Notes under the pieces: generated by a model
Told to the model about the DNA's origin: nothing
Databases searched by the model: none
What the model saw: the letters and a program-made list of their open reading frames with translations, nothing else
Position numbers and translations under genes: made by a program
Assembly (NCBI RefSeq): GCF_006345805.1
Contig: NC_042997.1
Location: 45,322,001-45,386,000, forward strand
Reading direction: 5' to 3'
Source: Octopus sinensis
Lineage: Eukaryota
DNA: 64,000 nt
In this document: positions 52,167-63,810 of the stretch, piece after piece
Numbering within the stretch: the stretch's first letter is position 1
How the letters are laid out: each line of letters starts with the position of its first letter

Positions 52167-52775
52167 CCCTGTAGGATTTAAACTGGCCATATCAGGCCCA
52201 AATTTTTCACTGGTTTTATGTTCAAATTGGCCAAAACTGACCTCCCCTACAACATTATATAAAAAAATCAACAATTGCGCAGGTAATTGTGTGGTAAGTA
52301 GCTTGTCTACCAACCACATGGTTCCGGGTTCAGTCCCACTGCATGGCACCTTGGGCAAGTGTCTTTTACTATAGTCTTGGGCCGACCAATGCCTTGTGAG
52401 TGGATTTGGTAGACGGAAACTGAAAGAAGCCCGTTGTATATATGTATATATATATATATGCGTGTGTGTGTTTGTCCCTGTAGCATTGCTTGACAACTGA
52501 TGCTGGTGTGTTTATGTCCCCGTTACTTAGTGGTTCGGCAAAAGATACCGATAGAATAAGTACTGGGCTTACAAAAGAATAAGTTCCGGGGTCGAGTTGC
52601 TCGATTAAAGGCGGTGCTCCAGCATGGCCACAGTCAAATGACTGAAACAAGTTAAAGAGTAAAAGAGAGAGTATTGTATCTTTGAAATTTCAAAGCTTCG
52701 AGATAATACATGATTAATTTTTTTAAATGTGAATAAATAAGCAATACTTTTGACAATAATTTAAATGCCAAAGAG
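52167..52775 (+). mobile_element. piggyBac-type MITE (same family as 56095) interrupted by a group A SINE
   Basis: TTAA|CCCTGTAGGATTTAAACTGGCCATATC...; similarity resumes after 52670 (GAGATAATACATGATTAATT). Confidence 0.6.
52277..52670 (+). mobile_element. Group A SINE nested in the MITE
   Basis: Matches group A. Confidence 0.9.
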
Positions 52776-52875
52776 TTTCTATGAAATTATGCATGTGATG
52801 GTTGGAATAAACTTCTTTCCCCTTGTCACAAAGAGTGAATTCCATCACTGGACCTTCCAGTCCTCCTCATATTAT

Positions 52876-53261
52876 GATGGATGGAAGCACTCGGTTACGA
52901 CAACGAGGGATCTGGTTGATCCGAATCAACGGAACAGCCTGCTCATGAAATTAACGTGTAAGTGGCTGAGCACTCCACAGACACATGTACCCTTAACGTA
53001 GTTCTCGGGGATATTCAGCGTGACACAGACAGTGACAATGCCGGCCCCTTGAAATTCAGGTACAACAGAAACAGGAAGTAAGAGTGAGAGAAAGTTGTGG
53101 TGAAAGAGTACAGCAGGGATCACCACCATCCCCTGCCGGAGTCTCATGGAGCTTTTAGGTGTTTTCGCTCAATAAACACTCACAACGCCCGGTCTGGGAA
53201 TCGAAACCGCGATCCTACGACCGCGAGTCCGCTACCCTAACCACTGGGCCATTGCACCTCC
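52876..53261 (-). mobile_element. Full-length group C SINE with 11-bp TSD
   Basis: Reverse complement of the 40917 copy; CCTCATATTAT at 52865 and 53266. Confidence 0.9.
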
Positions 53262-55595
53262 ACTCCCTCATATTATAACCATTACACAAACCTACTTTTT
53301 CAGTGTCGTTTCCTTTCAGTCACATTTTTCTCTCCAACCAATACTTTTTAACAATTTAAGTTAAAGCAGCTCAATCCATATTCAGTTACTCCAATCATGT
53401 GGAATGGGAGGCTGACAAGATCCTTATGGACATTTCATTGTTTTAATCTAACAATTATGAATATACTCTATAGCCTCTTCTACTGATTATATGGTCCACC
53501 AAACAAAAATCAAAATTTTATTTACATTTGATATCTATATTTTTTTTTACTTCTAGACACAAAGCTAATCACCTCAGATATCTATGGTTATTCAGCTAAT
53601 GTTTACTGGATTCTGTTTACCTAAGATATTCTTATCACAGTCTTTGATACCATCCATTTTGTCAAACTAGTACTTTATCAAAGAGTTCGCAAATATATGT
53701 AGTCATTTAATAAGCAAAGGATTATTCTTTTCAAATATAAAAGGTAAAGATAAAAAAAAAGCCTGCTTTTGTGAACTGACTCAAAATATAAATTGAATGA
53801 AAAAAATCCTAAGAACAACAGTCACCTCAGAGTAAACCAATACTTCACAGTAAGTTATCAAATTATGTTCTGCAAAAAGCCACACCTATAACACGCTATA
53901 GATAAATAAAAGTATATAATATAAAAGAAAAAGAAGCCCAGAAAACAGTAAGAGTAAAGTTATTAGTTTGTAGAAAGTGTACGCACTCTTTGATGCTGTT
54001 TTAAATCAAAGATTAAAAGTATCAATGACAAGCTTATATGAAAATTAAAATTAGGGGGTTCTAAAGAATAAAAATATTGCCTGTCATTATTTCGCTTCAA
54101 GAAACTTGGAAAATATTAATTCTGTTTGAGATCAAAGTTTAAAGTAAAATAAATTATATAGTCAAAGAGTGTTGCTATAAGTACTAGTTCACAAACCCAA
54201 TTATTGCTTAACAAATAATATTCAAGAATTAAGATTAATTTAGTAACACTATTTTGTTCAATTCCAGTCAAATTTTCTTTCAGACAATATTTTTTTACAG
54301 TAGCTTTCAGACTGTTGTTCTAATCTGAGCAACTCAAGTGATTTATGTGATGCACCATATTCTCCTTGCCTGTTTCACCATTTCAAGTATTTTTAATGAA
54401 ACTATAAACCAAGTGCAATTACTTCAAGAACACGGAAAAAAGTGATGAATAGAGAAAACTATGACAGCTCTTAAGAATTATCAAGATGCTGCAGAACTGA
54501 AAACATACAGGTCCTTATTGATAGCATAAAGTGCTTGGAAATGTTTACAGTTTAGTTCCAGTTACCTTTGATTAACCAGGGCTATTATTACCTGTGATAC
54601 CAAAAGAAGAATCTGACAACTATCTTACATAATAATTATCTTACTTTTGATTAATCACTGCCTAAATTTCTCAAACCTAGATGAACCTTTAATCACAAAT
54701 ATCTTAAAAGTTCTAAAAGCATAAATTCATTGCTTCATAAGCTTGGACTTTTATTTGAAGAAGATTACACTTTTGGCTGTTTAATATTCTCAATCAATTA
54801 GAAGCATCAGTGGATGTGATGTTAAGGTTCAGATATTCACCACCCAAGAGGGAAGAAGAGCTAAATCAACATTGAAAAGATCTAAACCCAAAATTGTTAA
54901 GAATTAATCTATTACACAGAGAGAACCTTTATGGTACCATTGAGTCATTATCTAATTGTAGGGTAATTACAAACACTGCAATTAGTGGTAGTTAAAAGAA
55001 ATATAATTTACGCTACTTGTTCTATCTACCCGAAAATAAAAGTATGGTTCTCATGAGATTGTTGAGTAGTTAGCATGAATTCATAGTAAAGTCAGGTCAG
55101 AACGTTCAGAACCAACCAATCCTAAATACTATTGGAAAATGCTGGGGGATAGGGGGAGAGAGAGAGGGGGTGGAGAAACTGAAAATAGGATGCAGAAAAT
55201 CTGCCTCAAGTTAATATTTGTTGAATGACAAACCACATAGATTAGAAAGTCAATTATGGTGACAACTATTGAAAGAAACTATCAAGGCTTTCTCCATCCT
55301 TTTGAGAAATGCTACATGCATCAAAGTTGGCAAGAATACAATTAATTGCTTGTTTAACAAAATATATTATACAAAAGATGGTTAACCTTGATGGTTGACT
55401 TGTTCCAAACGTGTATAAAAGATACATCATGTTCCCTGAAAGTCATTCTTAACACTAACAAAATTCTTCAAAACTAAACTGACCCAAACAGTTTCTTAAA
55501 TTTCTCCAAGCATAAATTCACAGCAATGTAGGATGCAGATTTTATTTAAAGAAAACTTTTGGTAATCTAATATTCTTAACCAATGAGAAACCTTG

Positions 55596-55830
55596 GCGGC
55601 GAGCTGGCAGAAACGTTAGCACGCCGGACGAAATGCTTAGCGGTATTTCGTCTGCCACTACGTTCTGAGTTCAAATTCCGCCAAGGTCGACTTTGCCTTT
55701 CATCCTTTCAGAGTCGATTAAATAAGTACCAGTTATGGACTGGGGTCAATATAATCAACTTAATCCGTTTGTCTGTCCTTGTTTGTTTCCTCTCTGTGTA
55801 GCCCCTTGTGAGCAGTAAAGAAATAAGAAA
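55596..55830 (+). mobile_element. Full-length Meta-type (group B) SINE
   Basis: GGCGGCGAGCTGGCAGAAACG...GAGTTCAAATTCC...CTTTGCCTTTCATCCTTTC; flanked by AGAAACCTTGGCGGC and AGAAATCTTGGTGGC (probable TSD overlapping the head). Confidence 0.88.
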
Positions 55831-56094
55831 TCTTGGTGGCTGTGATGTCAAGCTTCCTAAAGTAGGATTTGTTGCACCACCAGGCTAGCCTGACCACAAA
55901 ACTTCACTTGTTTAAGTATGCATGACTGAAACGAAGTATTATAGCAACTTTACAATTCAGAAAATGGCAAAAGAAATTAATGCAAGTGACATGTAAATGT
56001 TCAAATTTAGAAGAGAAAACATTCAATTCATGCTATCATTTCTACCATCCTTGAACCACAGGTTTTCATTGAAGACCTTCTCAGTCATGTTTAA

Positions 56095-56315
56095 CCCTTT
56101 AGCATTTAAACCCGCCATATCCGGCCAAAAGTATTCTGCCTGTTTTATGGTCAAACTGGCCATATCTGGTCTCTCACACCAACCCTACAATATCGTTTTA
56201 AAAATTAACAGCTACCTCATCAAAATCTCATAGCTACAAGATAATGCATGATTAGTTCAAAACAATGTGGATGAAGAAGGATTAGTTTTGGCAGAATAAT
56301 ACGAACACTAAAGGG
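56095..56315 (+). mobile_element. piggyBac-type MITE, copy 1
   Basis: TTAA|CCCTTTAG...CTAAAGGG|TTAA. Confidence 0.75.
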
Positions 56316-56319
56316 TTAA

Positions 56320-56535
56320 TCTTTCAGCATCCAGATTACTCTGTCAAATATGATGCTTATTCACAATGCTTTGAATTAATCATGCATTACTTTGTAGCTT
56401 TGAGATTTCAATGATGGGATACTGTATTTTTAGAAAGTCATTACGGGGTAAGTGTGAGAGGCTGGATCTGGCCAGTTTGAACATAAAACAGGAAGAATGT
56501 TTTAGGCAAACACAGCCAGTTTAAATGCTAGAGGG
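56320..56535 (-). mobile_element. piggyBac-type MITE, copy 2, inverted and sharing the central TTAA
   Basis: Reverse complement aligns with copy 1 over its length; ends GCTAGAGGG|TTAA. Confidence 0.7.
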
Positions 56536-57106
56536 TTAAATTATCTCACTGCTGTATCTATCATTGAGTTCAACCAGCATTACATACCGCAAGTATCAAA
56601 CTGACTTTTTGAATGTATATATCAAGCACTGCTACATGTCATAAATCTACATGGTCTTAATATCATAAATATCATGTTGCAGCACTATCATCAATTTGCT
56701 TCAGCCAGTGAGGACCTTCAGCACATCCCAAAATAATGCAAAGTCAATCAAACGGAAGAAAATAATCATTGATGTGTCAAGTCCCTTTTCGGCCTTAAAA
56801 AAACAAAAACAAAACCCAAAAAAACAAAATGTGAATATAGGGGGGTATGTCAATACTGTGTGGTTGTTTGAACGGCTAGAAAGCCCAGCCTAATTTGATT
56901 ATAACGGGTGTGCCAACACTGAGGTTTCTGTGTAATTGCTTGGCCTGTTAAAAAGCACAGCCAAAACTAAACAACAACATCAGCAATAATTCTGGTTTCA
57001 CTGTAGTGTTGAGTCCTTAAGCAGAGTATATAACACTACAATCTAGCTCTTACCATTAATTATAGCACTATACCTACTTCCACAATTGATAAAGAACTTT
57101 GCAACT

Positions 57107-57338
57107 ATTCTTTTATTCTTTTACTTTTTTCAGTCATTTCATTGCGGCCATACTGGAGTACCGTCTTGAAGGGTTTTAGTCAAACAAATCAACCCCAGGA
57201 CTTATTATTTTTTTTTAAAGCCTAGTACTTATTCTACCAGTCTCTATTGCTGAACTGCTAAGTTATGGGGATGTAAACACACCAACACCGGTTGTCAAGT
57301 AGTGATAGGAGGGACAAACATACAAAAAGACATACATA

Positions 57339-57371
<33 letters not shown>

Positions 57372-57670
57372 GAGCAGAGTCATGCCACATAAATGTTATG
57401 TCATGTTTTGTATTAAATAATAAGCTATAAATATGGTCCAATCGATGTGTTTGTTGATCTGGGATTTTCTCCATTTCCTGATTATTTATATCTCTCTCTA
57501 TATATATGATAGGCTTTTTTCAGCCTCTGTCTACCAAATCCACTTACAAGTCTTTTGTTGGCCCAAGGCTATAGTAGAAGACATTTGCCCAAGGTACCAC
57601 ACAGTGAAACTGAACCCAAAACCTTGTGGTTGGTAAGCAAGCTTCTTACCACACAGCCGTGCCTGCGCCA
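57107..57670 (-). mobile_element. Older group A SINE with about 120 bp of unrelated sequence in its central microsatellite
   Basis: Right half 57107-57370, filler 57372-57490, left half 57500-57670. Confidence 0.75.
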
Positions 57671-59199
57671 ATGTGAAAGCAGTGAACCAATGGTAATTTA
57701 CAATAAATGAACAAGAAAGCTTTCTGTATTTCTTGCAATACCCATTAAAAAAGCAAGACATCTTAGGTTTCTAGATGTTCCCTACTTCCTCCTTATTTAA
57801 ATAAATAAATGCCTTTATAATTGGGAGGGGGGGCAGAATTACAATGATTATATTATTCATCAGTAGCATAGATAAGAAAAAAAGATAAGAAGTTTATGAA
57901 CTGGGCAACGTCCTTAACAATAGTGAAGTTGTTCAGAAATGTTTGGGGTGGTAGCAGAAAAAGTTGTTTTTTTTAAATGCAACCAATATATTATTATTTA
58001 TCAGTTTCTATATCTTTTTTCTTTCCCCTTTCTAATTTTCTAAATGTATCTTACATCTGTTTCTAGTTATTGTTATTGCTTGGGTGCTTCTGTAAAGTTG
58101 GGTACTGGGCAGAGATGACTGAATTTGTTAGCTATATTAAACTTGAAAGCCCTTAACAATTCCAAGCTTAAAGTAAGTAATTGTTATAGTTTAGCTAATA
58201 TGCTAAAATCAGTAGGATAATAATCCTCATTCTGCTAAGGACACAATGTCATGGCTAGTCTAATAACAACAGATTTTTGTACTTTGATAATTTAAAATAT
58301 AGAAGCCAAGTCTGAAATCAGATTAGCCCAACCAACCAGTAGTTAATTGCAAATTTCAACTTTCTCTTCAATTATAGACTCTGAGAGAATGGTGGAAGTG
58401 CGTGTACATGTGTGTTTGTGTGCACTTAATGATATAAAAAAATACCATCTCCAAAGTTTTAAATAGATAGGAGGGTTGAGTGTGGAAAATGAAAATAAAA
58501 ATGGAAATAATATAAATCAAAAATTTAAACAATCAAAACAATTGTCTAAGAAACTAAACTAACATAATGGGAAGTAAAAATAAACTTTCGGTTGACAACT
58601 TGATCACAAGCCGAAAATAAAATCATCTAAAACAGTTGAGTATATTCTTCCTTTTATATTTTCCTTCATCTGGAAAAGCTAATGCTAATAAAAATAGATT
58701 TCCATGAAAGTTACAAATCATCTTGATTTCAAGAATTGAGAGTCAGAGCGTATACGTCTGTGTGTGTCTAAAAGTCAGAAAACACACACACATGCTCATA
58801 TGTATACACAATATAAACTCTTTTTTTTTCACCTTAAACAACCTGCATGCTATACCACCACCACACAAAACCCATAATCTTTGTCATGTTCATTCCTCAC
58901 CAGTAGCTGTCAGCTGGAATAAATTTCTCATATGACATTTTCTTTGGTGTATGATCAGAAAACAGTTCTATTTACTAACTCCTGCAAGTTAATAAGTATT
59001 ATGGGTAATGTTATTGCATTTATGATGCAGCTTTAAAAGCAAAATAATAGCACTTGTATTATTAATTAGGGGATAAAGATAATCTTAGTGTTTTTTAGAA
59101 CATTTTCCATCTCCCACTCATCCTTTTAATTACAAATGTCTTCAGCATGTTGCGCAGATTTAGCTTTCTATTTAAAAAAAGGAATAGTTCCTTCTATAG

Positions 59200-59592
59200 G
59201 TACACATATGGCTGAGTGGTTGGGGAGTTCACTTTGCAACCATCTGTTTTTGAGTTCAGTCCCACTGCGCAGCACCTTGGGTATGTGTCTTCTACTACAG
59301 TCCTAGGTTGACCAATGCCTCATGTAGAAGATAGAGAAATACAGGGAGGCAGCCTGGTGTGTGTGTGTGTGTGCATGTATTTGGTTTTGGTCTTCTCCAC
59401 CACTTAAAAACTAGTGTTGGTTTGTTTAAATCCTGTGCCTTGATGGTTTGGCAAACAGAATGACAGAGTACCAGACTTAATATAAAAAAGAAGTACTAGG
59501 GTTAATCTGATTGACTAAATGCCCAAAGGTGGTGACCCAGCATAGCAACAGTCCAAAGACTGAAACAAAGTAACAGAATGAAATAATAAAAG
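59200..59592 (+). mobile_element. Old group A subfamily SINE
   Basis: Diverged match of head, (TG)n centre and GACTGAAACAAAGTAA tail. Confidence 0.65.
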
Positions 59593-59776
59593 AATATAAA
59601 CATGAAGAATTACAAATACTAAACCACTCAAGTTAATATTTGATCTAAAAGTGTACGACATCAAACTGCAGATATATATACTTGTTAAATTGTGTACTCA
59701 ATCCAGATTTTTTTTTCATTCTCAATTGTAAACATGTTAGAGTAGTACTTGAGTAGCAAGGGATTTGATCTGATAC

Positions 59777-59931
59777 CTGAAGCAGGTGTACCGATCCACT
59801 GTAACTATCAGTGACCAGGTTGCAGTTGTGCATTGAAACTTTGAACACCTTGTTAAACAAAGTTTGAGTAAATTTATCAGATTTGCTATTAAATGGCTTT
59901 TCCACAACGTAAGCATCTCCCTTCATTTCAG
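59777..59931 (-). CDS. Probable coding exon of an unidentified host gene (EMKGDAYVVEKPFNSKSDKFTQTLFNKVFKVSMHNCNLVTDSYSGSVHLLQ)
   Basis: TTTGTTTTTCAG| acceptor, 155 nt with one open frame of non-repetitive composition, CAG|GTATCA donor. Confidence 0.5.
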
Positions 59932-61634
59932 CTGAAAAACAAATTCCATACGATATTCATTTTTCTTCCCTAAAGAAAAACAAAGCTGAAACAAGCAGAG
60001 CCATTCAAAGAGACACATGTGCGACTGGAATAACTCACCTTACAGGTTAATTGGCAGCTAGCTTAAATATTGACAATTATTACAGTTTGGGGGGGGGGTC
60101 TAATCATAAGATGAGTTCATTAAATTTTTCGTATTTACAAGAAAGAAACACAGATATCTATGTGAAACAGATAAATTGAAAAATGAATAAATAAATAAAA
60201 GCAATATTTGTCATGGTGATTATGTGGTACGTTTCTTGTACAAGTATTAAACTAAGCTTATATTACAAACCTTTACAACAAGATTTATCATCATCATCAT
60301 CAACAACAACACCAACACTGAAGTAACTTGCAGTAGAGTTTACTTCTAACACTGCCAGGCAGCAAACTTAATAAAACAAGTTTCCCATAATCTCTTAAGT
60401 GTGAGTTCTTAAATCAAAGACAAACCTATTTAATGCAGATGGATCACACACTGATGTTCTTTTGACAACTTTTATACTGTAGAACGCTTGATTCAGAGTT
60501 TTCTGAAGCTATTCATCAACAATTAAATCTATTCAGAGCTTACAGAACATCAGTTAATTGATGAATTCTGTTGGATTTGATTGCAGTTGCAATCAGTGCC
60601 TATAGTGTCCCAATTTCTTGGTTAACTTCAGTTCCTCACTCTTGATCAACATATGTGTGATCAGGAACAATGATGCATATGTTTATAGAAAAATCTTCTT
60701 TCATTGCAGAAGTTACTGTCAAGATTCCGACAATATAAAATGAAATATAAAAATTAAAAAAAACATAAATAGATTATAAAACTTGCAGACAAGTATACAT
60801 CTTTAACAAAAGGTCTGGATGGAGAAAATGCGTTGCCACAAACATAATATCAATAGCATAAAAAAAAAGTTTGTTTGATCATACAAACAGCAAAACTAAA
60901 TAAGAAAATAAAGAAGACAAGAAAAAAACCTTTCTGAAACAAGAAAAGATAAATAAATAAATAAATAATAAAAGAGAACTATGAATTGTAGAACACTTCT
61001 GAAATGACAGCTACTGGTTGCCACAAGATCAATAAAGCTAACTTTTGCATCATTGAAACCATTTTATCAAAGACGACGGATGTTGCTGTCAACTATATAA
61101 GAAATCATATATTTGGGAATAAAATTCAGCTAAAGATGTATTTTTCCCCCTTGTTTGATATGTCATTTAAGAAAAGAAAGCTTTCCCTCATGGGGTACAA
61201 TAATTAGACAGACAGCATTGATGAGAAGAAAATACACACAAGAAACTAGACTTTTATGAAATTTGCCAAACAAAATAAACATGTCAAACACAAAACTTTG
61301 TTACGATGAAAAAAAAAAACCAAATTCATTTGGAAATTAAATTTGTTTTTTTTCTTGCAGTACAACATGAATTTTAATTTTATTGATTTTAAAATATCAT
61401 GGAGGGTAATTTTGAAAATAACACATGATAAGCTTTCAACGGTTGGCTAGTTATTAAATTTCAGAGATATCTGCTTCTTAATTGGGGAATGAGAGTAGTA
61501 TCTTTTGGGCTAGAGTAATTTGAATTTTGCCGTAAAAATACATTTTACAATAGCTGTAGCTAAGTTTCTATTTGTAGCATTGTTCAACTTTTCAACTATG
61601 CATCTAAATAATAACAGTAATGGTTTCAAATTTT

Positions 61635-61835
61635 GTCACAAGGCCAGCAATTGCGGGGATGGGGGTAAGTCAATTATATCAACCACAGTGCTCAAATGGC
61701 ACTTATTTTATCGACCCCTAAAGGATGAATGGCAAAGTCATCCTTGGGGGAATTTGAACTCAGAATGTAAGGTCAGACAAAATACCACTAAGCATTTTTC
61801 CCAGTGTGCTAATGATTCTGCCAGCTTACTGCTTA
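61635..61835 (-). mobile_element. Meta-type SINE
   Basis: TTTTATCGACCCCTAAAGGATGAATGGCAAAGTC...GAATTTGAACTCAGAA. Confidence 0.75.
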
Positions 61836-61911
61836 TGATGATAATAATAACAATAATGATAATGATAATGATGATAATGATAATAATAATAATGATAATA
61901 ATAATAATAAT

Positions 61912-62334
61912 GTCAAGACCTACCAAAAACTGAGCAAATATAAAGATCTTGAAATAGAAATCTGCAAAATGCAGAACCTGAAGACTAAAACAATACCTGT
62001 TGTCATAGGTGCCCTGGGAATGATAGCAAAAGGGGCTGATTGCTACCTAACTCAGATATCAGGAAACCCCAAAATGGCAGAAATTCAAAAGCTAGTGCTC
62101 ATAGGAACTGCTCATATTCTATGCAAAATACTTTCTATGTAATCTCAAGTTTTAAAACAAACATAATTTTCGTATGGTATTTTAGACATTCATTAGTACA
62201 ACACTAAGTACAAAACCAAATATATGGCACCCTAGGCATAACACCAACATGAACTTCCAGCTTGTTGTCTCTTGAGGTCTCTGGGTGAGACTTGGAGCGA
62301 ACTTGTACAAATGTAAAGCAAAAGTCAGATGTAG
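61912..62334 (+). mobile_element. 5'-truncated R4/Dong-clade element (RLE endonuclease C-terminus plus 3' UTR) in a (TAA)n tract
   Basis: 61912-62142 reads VKTYQKLSKYKDLEIEICKMQNLKTKTIPVVIGALGMI...AEIQKLVLIGTAHILCKILSM*, with KY.DL.IE and IPVVIGALG motifs; (TAA)n on both sides. Confidence 0.8.
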
Positions 62335-62342
62335 AATAATAA

Positions 62343-62537
62343 TGATTCTTTCTACTATAGGGAAGGGATTAGTCGATTAGACTGAGCCCATTTTTTCACT
62401 GGTACTTAATTTATGGACCCTGAAAGGCTGAAAAGCAAAGTTGATCTCGGTGGGATTCAAACTCAGAACATAAAGACGGACGAAATGCTGCTCAGCATTT
62501 CGCTCAGTGTGTAACTGATTCAGCCAGTTCGCTGCTT
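62343..62537 (-). mobile_element. Meta-type SINE with (ATT)n tail
   Basis: CTGGTACTTAATTTATGGACCCTGAAAGGCTGAAAAGCAAAGTTGA. Confidence 0.75.
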
Positions 62538-62547
62538 ATAATAATAA

Positions 62548-62947
62548 TGTTTTCTTCATTGGCCAGGAGGGCCAAACACAAAACGAAAGGGGACAATACA
62601 ACACAAGGGACAAGTGGGGCTGAGCACGAAACGTTGTGTACAAAATTTAAACAAGAATAATTAAAATGAAATTCAACAATAAAATTCTCCACAAGGTGTC
62701 AGTTCCACCCAGTGACAACTGAGGAACCTCACATATCTACGTTACCCTGAATACAAGGGGGCACCTCAGCAGGTGCCTCTCTTCTTCTCAGCTCCTCCAG
62801 CTTACAAACATATATTCAGAGTAGGCTCATTCATGCAGGTCATCCTCACCACATTCAGCCACCTTTCAACATAATTACTGAGGGGCAGTACTTCCCTCTC
62901 TCCCCTCACTTTCCTTTTCAATTGGAATTTGAAGGAGTCAATAAGGG
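62548..62947 (-). mobile_element. 3' end of a Tx1-like non-LTR retrotransposon
   Basis: ALIDSFKFQLKRKVRGEREVLPLSNYVERWLNVVRMTCMNEPTLNICL* followed by a UTR; resembles Tx1/L1 ORF2 C-termini (recalled, not searched). Confidence 0.55.
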
Positions 62948-63189
62948 CTAATAATAATAACAATAATAATAATCCTTTCTACTATCAGACACAAAGCCTA
63001 AAATTTGTTGGGTGGTTGGACAATACCATCAGTCCCAGTTTTTGAATGGTATTCCAGTTTTTTCAACTGAAAAAGATGAAAGTCAAAGATGACCTTAGCG
63101 GGACTGAATGATAATAATGGCAAGAATTTAATTTATTTGTCTCAAGGGTAATTGATGAAGAGGATTTTACAGAGACAAATATAAAATAT

Positions 63190-63570
63190 GGGTGGTTATC
63201 ACCTGACCAGTGGAATGCACCTCTTCAACAAGAAGTTCAGTAACAGATACTCCAAACTAATCAGACAAAATCTGGCAAAGTTAAACAGCCAGCCAGTACT
63301 TTATAAGAGGTGGTGCAGGCAATCAATACCTCTGTCTAATCTTTTATGGGTCCTCCTCTCACCTATTTCTGGGACAGACAAAGCTACCTTACTCGTAACT
63401 TCACTTCTGTCCCTGTCAAACTGAAACAGACCCCCAAGCAGTTTAACTAGTTCAGCACCCTGCAAATACTGTCCTGAGTTGCAAACCCACAATCTGTGTT
63501 TTGGCCAATTTTTGATCCTGTCACTGCCTCCTATTCCTTTACAAGTTTTCTGACATTAACAACATGGCTC
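63190..63570 (-). mobile_element. Degenerate Tx1-like RT fragment
   Basis: EAVTGSKI..., VKLLG...SEVTSKVA..., KRCIPLVR resemble Tx1 RT late domains and thumb; frameshifted. Confidence 0.5.
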
Positions 63571-63669
63571 TCCTGTGTCCCAACCCAAACAAGATGGCCT
63601 TCAACACCTCTAGTTTTTGCAGTGCATACACAAAAAATAATACAGGATGCTCCTGAAAAACCAAATATA

Positions 63670-63810
63670 TAAGGTTGTCCCAAAAGTTCGTAGAAAGTCT
63701 GGGAAAATAATGGTCTTTATTTTGAGGTATAATTTTTGTTGTTTTTGTTAGTACTTGGCGAGTAAAAATTCAATTTTCGCAAGTGTTTACGAACTTTTGG
63801 GACCACCTAA
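63670..63810. mobile_element. mariner-type MITE (141 bp), TA-flanked
   Basis: TA|TAAGGTTGTCCCAAAAGTTCGTA ... TACGAACTTTTGGGACCACCTAA|TA. Confidence 0.75.

Noticed and set aside
6943-52650. Recurrent short ORFs such as [15 protein letters not shown] and ...[32 protein letters not shown]
   Set aside because: All lie within copies of the group A SINE; not a gene family.
54566-54591. 26-nt candidate micro-exon (VIIALVNQ), in phase with the 59777 exon
   Set aside because: Too short to distinguish from chance without RNA data; the CAG|GTAATA site could equally be a donor.
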